Source: Hyaloraphidium curvatum SAG 235-1
Taxonomy: Eukaryota > Fungi > Monoblepharomycota
Direction: 5' to 3'
Length of the DNA stretch: 64,000 nt
NCBI GenBank assembly: GCA_025558095.1
Contig: JAIVFI010000005.1
Location: 186,001 to 250,000 of the forward strand
Under the pieces are notes generated by a model. That model did no database searches. It was not told where the DNA came from and saw only the letters and a program-made list of their open reading frames with translations. The first letter of the stretch is position 1; the number at the start of each line of letters is the position of its first letter. Of the stretch, positions 42,872 through 54,086 are shown piece after piece. The position numbers were made by a program, and so were the translations under genes.

Positions 42872-43525
42872 TCATTCAAATTGTCTGGCGGCCATGTGCA
42901 GCAACATCCGCGAATACACGCTGTGTCCGATCATGACGAGCCGCGGGATCTCCCAGATGGACCGCGACGAGCAAATGCCGCTGCCGAACCAAAGATCCGT
43001 CTCCGCCCCCCTGGTCGTGACGGCGAGCCATGTGTAACCCCCCACTTTGGCCTCGGGCTCCCCGGTCGACCACAGAAAGAGGACCTCTCCAGTCGTTCCG
43101 CCTGCCGGGAAGTACGAATCCAGGCTTTTCGAGAGCACGCGGAATCCGGGAATGTGGACGTCCCCTGGATGATACGTTCCAACTTCTGCCACCTTCACAG
43201 CCCGATCCCTGTCCGGAACGATGAACGGCAGGACTAGTCGCTCGGGAAAGAATCCCCAGGAGGAAAAGAATCTTTCTGCGTAGAGATCGATCGATTTGCG
43301 GGGGCTCCGTCCGGAAACGGCCAACGAGGCCGGAGTAGCAATGGTGACGACAAAAGCATCCTTGAACACGTGTGGAAGGTGCGTCAACGACGCCGAGTCT
43401 GCTGTGTCGAGGAGGGAGCCGACCGGGGGCCGTGGGAGCGCAGACACGCGAGCGGAGGCTCGCCACAGCAGTCCGAAGCCGAGTGCAACAGTTCCAAAAG
43501 CTGCTGCTGTAAGTTTCAAGGCCAT
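42872..43525 (-). CDS. hypothetical protein with N-terminal membrane anchor
   Basis: MALKLTAAAFGTVALGFGLLW..DAF..FFSSWGFFPER..LWFGSG..HSVYSRMLL. Intronless. Confidence 0.6.
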   Translation of the reverse strand: MALKLTAAAFGTVALGFGLLWRASARVSALPRPPVGSLLDTADSASLTHLPHVFKDAFVVTIATPASLAVSGRSPRKSIDLYAERFFSSWGFFPERLVLPFIVPDRDRAVKVAEVGTYHPGDVHIPGFRVLSKSLDSYFPAGGTTGEVLFLWSTGEPEAKVGGYTWLAVTTRGAETDLWFGSGICSSRSIWEIPRLVMIGHSVYSRMLLHMAARQFE

Positions 43526-43664
43526 TTGACGTGAAAGCGGGAGCGCTTCTTTCGCACGGAGCTGCCCTTTCAGTGGAGCCGCGCGCGCGCGTCCGACTCT
43601 CCGTCCGAACTTCAGGGCGCAAACATCGCGCCCTTCGGACATTGATTCGCGTCTCCGGGCCACG

Positions 43665-45155
43665 ATGGCCACCGTCAATGTCCATGCACTGCTGGACCAG
43701 CTGAAGGTCCTGTACAAGACCAAAGCCAAGGTTCGCCGCGATGTTTCGGCGTCTCCCGGAGCTCGTGTTGACGCCCCTTCCGCCTCGCGCTCGAATCGCT
43801 TTCCCGATGTTCCTCGCGTCTAGCCTTTGGAGGAGCTCTACCAGTTCCAGAACTTCCACAGCCCACCGCTCACGGACGCGGATCTTTCCGCGAAGCCCAT
43901 GGTCCTCCTACTGGGCCAGTACTCGACCGGCAAATCGACCTTCATCGAGTACCTGCTCGGACGACAATACCCCGGCTGCACCATTGGACCCGAGCCCACT
44001 ACGGACCGCTTCGTGGCCGTCATGGGCTCCAACCAGGACCGTGTGATTCCCGGAAATGCGGCCGCGGTGTCCGCGGAGCTTCCTTTCACGGCCTTGGCAC
44101 GATTCGGGACGGCGTTCCTCAACCGTTTCCAAGTGTCGCAGATGGCATGCCAGGCTCTGGACGAGTACATCCTCAGCAAGTGTCTTTGGACGTCCCAAGG
44201 CCACAATCTGTCTCACCTCGCTTCCCTCCAGTCGACACCCCCGGGATCCTGTCTGGTGCCAAACAGACTATCGACCGCAACTACGATTTCACCGGAGTGG
44301 TTTCGTGGTTCGCCGAACGGGCGGACCTTATCCTTCTCTTGTTCGACGCCCACAAGCTGGACATCTCGGACGAGTTCAAGGCCTGCATTCAAGCCATCAA
44401 GGTGTGAAAGCGGAGTCGTGGGCAAGCAGCGCTTCTCTAACCCTGCTACGTTGTCAAAGAGTCACGACGAAAAAATCCGCGTCGTGCTCAACAAGGCTGA
44501 CCAAGTCAACCAGCAGCAGCTCCTCAGGGTCTACGGAGCGCTGATGTACTCGCTCGGCAGGGTGGTGCGCAGTCCCGAGGTGCCGAGAGTCTACTGCGGC
44601 TCCTTCTGGAACCAGCCGTTCCGGTACAAGGAGCTCGAATCGCTTTTCCAGGCGGAGATGGCCGTGGGTTCGATTGTGGTTACGGTTGTGTCCTGGCAGC
44701 AGCTCACACGTAGTCCTCCAGGACCTTGTCAACATGCTGAAGGAGCTGCCGAGGAACGCCGCCATCCGAAAAGTCAACGAAATCGTCAAGAGGGTGCGGA
44801 CGGCCCGCGTCCACGGGCTCATTATCGGCCACCTGCGTTCAAAGATGCCGGCCATGTTCGGAAAGAAGGACAAGCAGGCGGAGCTTTACGCAAACCTGCC
44901 GCGGGAGTTTGCGCAGGTGCAGCAGCAGTACCAGCTCGCACCGGGCGATTTCCCCGATGCCCAGCGGTTCTTGGAGAGGATCAAGCTCTTTGACCTGGAC
45001 AAGATGGCGAAACCGGACAAGAAGGTGTACGCTGCCGTGGACGAGCTGCTCGCCGTAGACCTCCCGAAATTGATGACGTGGGTTGGAAACGTCCTTCGCT
45101 CGCAAGCAGCTGACCTTTTCTCAACAGCGGGGTGCCTCAGGCCACCCTGAGGTAG
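43665..45155 (+). CDS. EHD-family dynamin-like ATPase lacking the EH domain
   Basis: PLEELYQF..FHSPPLTDAD..KPMVLLLGQYSTGKSTFI, IGPEPTTDRF, IPGNA, spliced DTPGILSG, WFAERADLILLLFDAHKLDISDEF, KIRVVLNKAD and LLRVYGALM. The stop comes right after the helical domain. Confidence 0.9.
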
Positions 45156-45271
45156 GAACGGCAAAGAACAAGACTCTCGTAGACATGGAGATCTGCCAGT
45201 GATTGTTGAATAGTATCTAACTTCTAATGGCATTGTGTGTCCATCCACGATCGATCACCAGTCCCGTTCCC

Positions 45272-48200
45272 TCACTTGGAAGCGAACTCCGAAACCACCT
45301 TGTCCCGAAGGGCATCCAGTATCTTCTTGGCATCCCCAAACACCATGCGCGTGTTGTCCTTCTGCGGATTCGGGCGGGACACTCAGTGACGCTTGCATAG
45401 ATTCCGCGAAACAACCCACGTAGAACAACGGGTTCGGCACCTCGGCGTAGCCCGACCCGAGACTGCGCTTGACGACTATGCAAGTCTTAGCCTCCCACGG
45501 GTGGAGCACGGGCATGCCGGCGATCGGCGAGTTGGGTTCGAGAGCAATCGGGTTCACGGTATCTGCAGCCGTCGGTTGTAAGCTCAACGTTGCGCTCATT
45601 CTTGACATGAAGCGTACCATTGGCGCCCACGACGAGGGCAACGTCAGTCTTGTCAAAGTCGTGGTTGATTTCCTCCATCTGGCGGCGCGGAATGAGCTGC
45701 GCTCGACGACGATTTGCAATCGCAACCCACCTCGAGCACAATGTCGTAAGGCACTCCAGCCTCAGCCAGCCTGAAGGAAAGATGGTGATGTTCAGCGGCG
45801 GATCTGGTGCCAGTGAACCAAAAGCTCTCACAGGACATTGAGCTGACCGGGCATGCGCCCGGCGACCGGGTGAATGCCGAAGCGGACCTCCACGCCATTC
45901 TCCTTGAGAGTCTTCACCATCTCGGCAACCCCGTACTGCGCGTTGGCGACTGCGAGTCCGTAGCCTGCCCAGCGGATGGTAAGAATCGAACGCGCCTTAC
46001 TGGCAACGAAGCACCGAACCAGGCACGATGATGACGCTCTTTGCGTGGGCCAGGGCCGAAGCCGCGTCGTCGACCTTCCATTCCGTGTGCGTGCCCATGT
46101 CCACCTTGGCCTGTGCCTGCGTCACGGTCGCGTAGCCTCCAAAGACGACGTTGAGGACCGAGCGGTTCATGGCCTGCACCATGATCCACGTCAGGACGGC
46201 GCCCGAGACGCCGATCAGCGAGCCGACGGTGGCCAGGAGGTCGTTCTGGAGCATGAACCCCTCCGCGACGAGCGCCCAGCCCGAGTACGAGTTCAGGATC
46301 GTCAGCATCACTGGAAGAGGAGAAAGCGTGCGGTCAGCATCAACCAGGCAAAAGAAAACAGAGTTCACCCACCGGGCATATCACCACCGCCGACAGAGGC
46401 CGTCAGGTGCCATCCCTGCACAAAGCTGAGCACCACGTTCAGGCACAAGCACGCCAGCCCGACAGAGGGCGACGAAGTGGTCATGAACAGCGCTCCGGCG
46501 GCAAGGTTGGTCCCGATCATGGCGAGGTTGATGAGGTTCTTGCCCGGCAGGTCGAGCGCCGTGGACTTCATCAGCCCCTGCAGCTTCCCGAACGCCACGA
46601 GCGAGCCGGTGAAGGTGATCCCGCCGATAAGGGTGCCCGCGTACGCCGTCGACAGATGCAGCAGGTCCCCGCCCGGATGGGCCATGTAGGCGCCGACCGA
46701 GGTGAGCACCGCGGCCAGGCCGACGAACGAGTGCAGCGCCGCCACCATCTGCGGCAGCTCCGTTGGCGACACCCTCCGTCCCATGTACAGCCCCGCAGCG
46801 GAGCCGGCCGCGGCCAGCCCGGCGAACTGCGCCAGCACCGGCCCTTCAAAGCCCATGCCCGTCACCGCCGAGGCGATCCCGATGCCGACGCCCATCATGC
46901 CGAGGGAGCTCCCCGAGCGCGCCGTCTTCTGCGAGGACAGGCCCTGCAGCGAGGCGATGCACAGCACGGAGCTGGCGAGGTAGCCGGCCTGCACGATGCC
47001 CGGGGCACCGCCCGCGGCGGCGTTGGCGAACAGCGCGGCGAAGGCCACCGTCGGCACGGCCCAGAGGTAGCCGTAGTCGGGCGGGTCCTGCGGCCGGCGG
47101 AACATGGCCAGCATGCGCATGGTGACCACGAAGCCGCCGGCGACGTTGATCATGGCCAGGAACACGGAGGAGGCGGCGAGCACCTGGGCCGCGGTCGTCG
47201 GGAGGTAGCCACCGCCGAGGAGCACGATGCCGCCGACGGCGACGAGGCCCGAAATGGCGTTCGTTGCCGACATGAGGGGCGAATGCAGGGCTGGCACCAC
47301 GCCCCAGACGAGCCGGTATCCGACCAGTGAGGCGAGGGCAAATATGGTGAGCGAGTTCATGGCCTCGGGCGCCGACGCCCCGCCCGCGGCGGCCAGCAGC
47401 GACAGGCCGGCAGTGGCGGCGACCACCTCCCTGGCCTTTGCCTGGAGCGGCGTGACCGGTTTGGGCTCGGGCGCCTTGGCCGCCTCGGCAGCCTTGGCGG
47501 CAGGCGCTGCGGCCGGGGCCGGGGGCGCCGCCGGGCGCGGCGGGGGCCAGGTGACCTCGCCCTCGAGGGTGACGAGCGCGCCGCGGGTGACCTCGTCCTG
47601 CATGTCCACGCGGAGGTAGGGCTCCTTGGGGGACCCGATCGACAGGAGGAAGTTGACGATGTTGTTGGAGTAGAGCGTGCTCGACTGCGTCGGCAGCCGC
47701 GAGGCGTAGTCCGTGAACCCGAACACCTTGACCCCGCGGTAGTCGACCCTCTGCCCCGGTACGGTGGCCTCGCAGTTGCCGCCCTGCTCGGCGGCGAGGT
47801 CCACGATGATGGAGCCGTGCTTCATGGCCTTGACGTGCTCCTTGGTCAGCAGCACCGGCGCGCGCTGGCCGGGGATGGCCGCCGTGGTGACGACGATGTC
47901 GACGTCGGCGCACTGCTTCATGAGGAGCTCGGACTGGGCCTTGAGGTATCTGGGTGGAGTTGCCGATTCGGCGGCCGGCAATCAGCCCCCGCCTTCCCGC
48001 GCAGCCGGCGCCACCCACCCTTCACTCATCACCCTCGCGTAACCCCCCGTGCCCGTCCCGTCCTCCTGGTACGGCACCGTGAGGTACTCGCCCCCGAGGC
48101 TCTCCACCTGCTCCTTGGTCGCCGGCCGCGTGTCGAGCGCGCGGACGATGGCGCCCAGCCGGCGGCCGGTGGCAATGGCCGACAGGCCGGCGACGCCGGC

Positions 48201-49200
48201 GCCGATGACGAGCATCTTGGCGGGGGGGACTTTGCCGGCGGCGGTGACCTGGCCGGTGAAGTAGCGGCCGAAGTTGTCGGCGGCGATCAGGACCTGCCGG
48301 CGGGGCGCAAAGAGTGAGGGCGGGTCGATCGGGGTCGCAATGGCCGCTCCGTACCGCCTTGTACCCGACGACGTTGGCCATGCTCGACAGCGCGTCAAAC
48401 GTCTGCGCCCTGGATATGCGCGGCACGCAGTCCATGGCCAAAGCCGTCACCCTCCGCGCCGCGAGCTGTTTCACGAGGTCGGGGTTCAGTCCCGGGAAGA
48501 GGAACGAGATGAGGACGGAGGATTCCTTGAGCAGTGCGGTCTCGTAGTACTCGGCGATGCCCTGGGAGGTGAGGGGGTTGGGGCTGGGGGGGCGGACCTT
48601 GAGGATCACGTCCGAGGTGCCGTCTAATATAATGGGGGTTGAGAAGAACCAGATGGGGAATTAGCGAGAGAAAGCAGCGAGTTTTTAGGTGAGTTTCGGG
48701 GTTTGCCGGGCGATTAGCCGGGGAATTTGGCGAGGAGATCAGCAGGCGGGACAAAGGGAGGCGGCGATCGGCCACGCACAGAGGTCCGCCGCGTTCTCGA
48801 CGATCGACGCGCCGGCATCGGCGTACTCCGAGTCGGTGAACTCGCTCGCCGCCCCGGCCCCGCGCTCGATCTGCACCGCAGCGAAGCCCGCCTTCTTGAG
48901 GCGCGCGACGTTCTGCGGGGTCATGGCCACGCGCCGCTCGCCGGCAAAGACCTCCTTGGGCACGCCGACGGTGATGTCCTTCCACGGCACGCCGGCGAGC
49001 AGCGGCGACGCGTGCGCCTTGGGCGGCGCGGCCGGGGCGTCGGGAGCCGCGCGGGCGACGGCCTCGCGGGCGGGGGGCGCGGCGCGGAAGGCGCGCGGGC
49101 CGGCCAGGGTCGGCGGGAGGACGAGGCGCGCGCGGGCCATGGCGGCGCCGGGCGCTGCCAGCGGCGGCAGCCGGGCCAGCCGGGGAGTCCTCGCCGGCAT
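45272..49200 (-). CDS. NNT: mitochondrial NAD(P) transhydrogenase (alpha-beta fusion)
   Basis: Presequence, then [105 protein letters not shown] and KRSLGSGYA. Multi-exon. Confidence 0.96.
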
Positions 49201-50172
49201 CGGCGCGGCGCGGGAGACACGCGGAAAGGGGGGAAGCGCCGCCGGATCTCCTCGGCCAAGGAAAAAGGCGGCCTTTTGCGCGGGTTGCCGGCTCGAGAGG
49301 GCGCCCGCGTCGCCGGGTCGCGGGATTCGGCCGGCCCGATCGGCAATGATACTCGGCGCCGCTGCCGGCCCGCCGGCCCGGGCTATGCGCAAAATGGGCA
49401 CGCTTTGCCGCCACCAACCGCACCGAATCACCTTCCGCGAACCATCGGGCTGGACCGCCATCATCTTCATTGTTTCGGGCACGCGGTGGATGTCCGGCTT
49501 GCGCTTTCCAACGAGGTGCTGGCGGGCAAGACGGGCTTGACAGCCGGCCGGGACTGATCCAAAGAATGCCTGGCCGGAATGCTGACCTAGCCACCTCTGC
49601 TGCGTCTTACTATGTGCTAAAGGCACGAATCTCGGATTCCGGAAGCGATCTGCGTAACTCCGCAGTCGGGTCAGGCAGGGAGATACGGCCGACGGCCGTG
49701 TGCCCCGATGCCCGATCGCTGTCGGGCCATGCCCCGCCCGGATGTTACTAGGAAGTAAACCAATGCAGATCTGGATCCTGGATGCGCTCTGTGCCTGATG
49801 TGGGCAGAAGCGGCAGGCTCGGGTCGACAGGGTCGCGTTTGTTTTCGGCCTGCCCGGTCGGGTGACCTCCGACCTGATTCCGTCCGCCTCCCCTTCTCGC
49901 TCCGCTGCGTTTTCGGGGCCGTTGCACACGGCAGTGGAGTTAACGCGAGCGGCTCCGCGCATTGCGGGGCCATTCGGGGTGGATTCCGCCGGTGCTCGGG
50001 CCTTTCGCGATATGGGCCTCTAGAGGCGCCCGCTCACCCGAGCAGGCGCGAGCACAGCCGGCGGGCAGCGGACCGCCGGAAAGTGACAGGCGCGGGGCGG
50101 CATTGCGGCTCGGCGGCCCGCGGAGGCACTTAGACCGTCCGGAGGCGTTCCCGACGGGCCGACGGCGGCACC

Positions 50173-51525
50173 ATGGCCGCCCTGCGCTCGCCGCAGCTGC
50201 CCCTCGCGGCGCCGCAGCCCGACGCCGACCCGCTCGACGACATGGACGTCGACGCCGGCGCTGAGACCGAGACGGAGGAGGACGGCGACGCGACCGAGGA
50301 GGACGAGGAGCCGCTGCGCGAGCCCGACGAGGGCACCGCCGAGGGCACCTCGCTCAAGGAGGCGCACCTGCTGAGCATGCTGCAGCGCCGCCGCGGCGAC
50401 GCTCAAGCAAACGGCCACGCGGGGCTGCCGCCGCCCGCACCGGCGCACCCCGCAAGGCCGCCGCCGGTGCCGGTGCCCCCCCGCCAGCGGCGCCTCTCGC
50501 AGCCGCCCGTCTTCTCGCCCTACCCCGCGCCCAACGCATCCCCCGCCGCAAACGGGCACTTTGCCTCGGTGCCCAACGGCGTCTCCTTCTTCCCCCCGCC
50601 CCGCGCCCCGCACGCGACCGCCAACGCCTCGCCGGCAATGCTCCCCGTCAGCACGGCCTACGGCTCGGTCACGTCGATCGCCAGCGTCGAGTCCATCCGC
50701 GAGCTGGAGATGTCTATCTTCGGCACCGAGATCGACGGGAGCGCCGCGACGAGGGTGCAGTCGGAACGGTCGCGGGCGGCGCCGGCGCCCTTTTCGCTGG
50801 GCACGTGGGAGGGCGAGGGGCTCGAGGACGGCGGGTCGGACGCCGAGACGGAGGAGGAGGACTTTTCGGACGAGGAGAGCGAGGAGGAGGAGGAGGATGC
50901 GGGACCGGGCGGCGGGCCGGTACGCGCGAAGAGGTCGCCGATGATGGTCGCCACAGGGTCGGACCCGACGCGGAGGTACATCTGCCCGCAACCGGGGTGC
51001 GGCAAGGTGTACAAGAACCCTGGTGGGTGGTTGCCCGCCCCGCTGCTGTGCACCGTTGCTCATCTTTCTGTCATTCAGGCGGCCTCAAGTATCACCTCGC
51101 GCACGGTCACGCGGTCTACAAGCCCTACAAGTGCTGCGTCGAGGACTGCGGCAAGCGGTACCGCAACAGCGGCGGCCTCAAAGTGAGCCTTCCCAACTGT
51201 CTGCAGCCCATCTCGCTCGCTGACGCCTTGCCCGCAGTACCACCTCGAGCACGCGCACCCCGCTGTCTTCCTCTCCATGCGCAAGGTCAACGCGGCCGGC
51301 AAGCCCAAGATCGACCTCAGCGCGTGCTACGACAGCGGCACGAAGCCCCAACCGCAGCCGCCCAAGCCCGAGAAGTCCCCCCGCGCGCGCGGGACGCCTT
51401 GGGGTTCGCCCCCGGCGCTGTCGACGCTCTCGGTGGGGTCGGCGCCGCGGCGCGGGGGTGCGGTGCCCGTGGCGCTGCCGAGGCAGGGGTACTTCCCCGG
51501 CGGCGTGGCGAGGAGCGTGCACTAG
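50173..51525 (+). CDS. C2H2 zinc-finger transcription factor, SFP1-like fingers
   Basis: Spliced YICPQPGCGKVYKNP/GGLKYHLAHGH and KPYKCCVEDCGKRYRNSGGLK/YHLEHAH. Acidic and Pro-rich N-terminus. Confidence 0.85.
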
Positions 51526-51805
51526 CGCTCCCCCTTCTTCGGATCTGTTTCGACGGCTGTCGCTCTCTTTCGGACCGGGTGGACCGGCCTGTTTCTGACT
51601 TCTTGCTTCCCTCGCGGCGAGGGAAACGTACATACAACCATACCGCGCGCCGTGGGCGCGGGCGCGGGGCTTAATCCTTGGCGGCGACGGTGGACGGACG
51701 GTGCTCTTTGGCGGCGTGCTCTCTGGCGTGGGATCCCGGCGGATGTCTTCTTGATCGTTGGGACGGAATACATGGCGGATGGAGGATGACTCGTGCCCCG
51801 GGAGG

Positions 51806-52759
51806 TCAGTCCGCCGGGTCCATCGTGCCCGCCTTGAGCGGCCGCATTTTGGAGAAGTCGACCGCGACCTCCCTGGTTTTGCGGAACCAGGCCGAGTGGA
51901 TGTCGATCGCCACGAGCTCCTCGCGCAGCCCGTGGGCGTCCCTGAAGTCGGTCCACGCCCGCATGGCGAAGGGGTGGGACACGACGTCGTCGAAAATGAC
52001 GAACCCGCCCGCCGGAACGAGCTCGTAAAGCTCGAACAGTGCGTCGCGGTAGGATTGGTAAAAGTTGCCGTCCACGCGGAGCACGGCCAGCTTCCCGCGG
52101 TGGCGTTCCCGGAAGCGGGGCAGGGTCTCGTTGAACAGCCCCCTGTGGAAGTGCACGCGGGCGTCGAGCAGGCCGTAGCGCTCAAAGGTTGTCCTCACGG
52201 ACTCCTCAGCAACCGCGAGGTACGGCCCGAACTCGTTGTATCCGGGGAGCGTCTCGAAGGCGTCGAAGACGTGCACGTCTCTGTCCCGCTCGCCCAGAGA
52301 ATCGAGCACGCCCTTGGCGAAGATGCAGGTGCCGCCCCGCCAAACGCCCAGCTCGGCGAACCCGCCCGCGACCCCGTCGGCGACGGCGCGTTCCAGAAGC
52401 TCCCGCACGTTGTCCAGCCGCAAGTGACCAACCATCGTCTGCGCCAGAGGCGGCCAATCGTTGCCGATGAGCCGCTTCGAGTGGTTGTAAGGCCCCGCGG
52501 TGCAAGCGTTACAGTTCGGCTGTCCCCCGAAGCACGAGCCGGCCTCTTGATGCAGCGAGCCCGTGAGCGCCCACTTCAAGAGGCGCAGGTAGCTGTCCCT
52601 CGTGTCCGGCGCCGAAGACCGCGAAGTTCGGAAAGGGTCGTCCCCCGAGAAGCGGGACGACAGGGCGAGGAGCAATAGCACGGTTGCGACGCCGGCCGAG
52701 GCCAGCTTCCACGCGGCGGCGGACATTGCAGGCATGCTTCCGTCTGCTCGGCCGTGCAT
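51806..52759 (-). CDS. TylF/MycF-family (macrocin-type) O-methyltransferase with N-terminal signal anchor
   Basis: Intronless. GNDWP..TMVGHLRLDNV, GGFAELGVWRGG, VFDAFE, FHRGLFNETLP, LAVLRVDGNFYQS and GGFVIFDD. Confidence 0.9.
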   Translation of the reverse strand: MHGRADGSMPAMSAAAWKLASAGVATVLLLLALSSRFSGDDPFRTSRSSAPDTRDSYLRLLKWALTGSLHQEAGSCFGGQPNCNACTAGPYNHSKRLIGNDWPPLAQTMVGHLRLDNVRELLERAVADGVAGGFAELGVWRGGTCIFAKGVLDSLGERDRDVHVFDAFETLPGYNEFGPYLAVAEESVRTTFERYGLLDARVHFHRGLFNETLPRFRERHRGKLAVLRVDGNFYQSYRDALFELYELVPAGGFVIFDDVVSHPFAMRAWTDFRDAHGLREELVAIDIHSAWFRKTREVAVDFSKMRPLKAGTMDPAD

Positions 52760-52858
52760 GATTGTCCTCAGCCTGCGCTCCAAGCCTGTGGGCGAATACT
52801 TCGCAGGGACAGCAACTGATGGGGAACGGAACGAACGAGTGGAACCCGCCCACCGAAA

Positions 52859-53749
52859 ATGTCGCCGCCGCCGCGCGTTCGTCTCGTCGGCCCTGCTTTC
52901 CTATGCGTGATGCCGTTCCACGCGTCGCCCGATGCGCCCGATGCCGACGACGCCGAGACGCCCCGGGACGCTGGCCCCACTTGGTTCCAGGGGATCCTTC
53001 TGTTCGGGACCGCGCCCGGGGCGCCGGCACGGCAGATTGGTGTGATGGGCGTGCCCGCGAAGGAGGCGAGGGAGTTCCACCCGTGCTGCTTCCCCGCCGG
53101 CGGTGGGTGGTCTTACGGGCAGGCCTTGGCCACAGACTGACGGCGTCTCCCCATCGAAACAGACCCGCCGAGCTTCTACGACGTGACCTTTGCCGACTTC
53201 GTCACCGGCGCCCGATGGACTGTTCCCGGCGTGGGCAGGCGGAGCGGGCGGGGGGACTACGTGGAGCTGAGCACGCGCCTGGAGGACTGGACGGAGCACG
53301 ACCACGCGTGCGACCACGCCCACGGGCCGGGCGACCACAGGCACGGGCCCGAGTGCGGGCAGCCGGCGGGACACTCCCATGGCGGCGGTGCTGGGGCCTC
53401 GGTTGGGGTCGCGGAGGCCAAGGCCTCTTCCCGAGGAAGCGCCCCCGCGGCCAAGAGCCCAAAATCGAAGGACTCCCGAAACGGAAGATCCGAATCGGAC
53501 TACCGCGAATCCGTCTCCTTCGACAGCGGCTCCGACTCGGACTCGGACGCGTGGACCTCGGCCTCGGAAGAATATGAGCCGAAGCCCCCCCCCCGTGCCC
53601 CCTCCAGTACCTCCTTCTCGTTCGAGACCACGGAAATCAAGGTCGGCACCGACGCCGAGAGGCACGTGCGGAAGTTCTTCCCGAAGCTGCAGTACGACGA
53701 GGACGTGCTGGTGTTGGTCGGCAGGGCGAAGCTGGAACTGGGGTACTGA
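52859..53749 (+). CDS. hypothetical protein with His-rich segment
   Basis: Two ORF pieces joined by a GT-AG intron (about 53103-53163). Contains HDHACDHAHGPGDHRHG..HSHG. Confidence 0.5.
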
Positions 53750-54086
53750 GCGGCAGAGGAGTCTGGGACGGTCATCTACCCGATTGGAGCTCGGACGCAT
53801 GGATTGACGACTGTTAGGTTCTCTCTTGCGCGGTTTGAGCGTGGACTGTAGGCACGGGGCGTTGGGAATGAAAAGCGACGAGGGCGAGAGCTGCCCGAAG
53901 CTGGACCTGGTTCAATGTAAAGCAGATGAGCGTTTGTAACGTAACTCGTGATTGAAGATGCGGGCCGCCTGATTTGCTAGGAGAACGAAGGAGCTTTTTC
54001 GGTTGGGGATTGTCACCCTTTTGCTCGCCACCTGGAAAGAGTCGTGTTCTGCAACCCATACTTCCTTCCCTGCCGCCGAAGCAAAC

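Noticed and set aside
43827-44993. Apparent frameshifts or pseudogenes in EHD, NNT, HMT1, ACAD and LIG1 in the ORF track
   Set aside because: All are explained by short spliceosomal introns that restore the conserved motifs.
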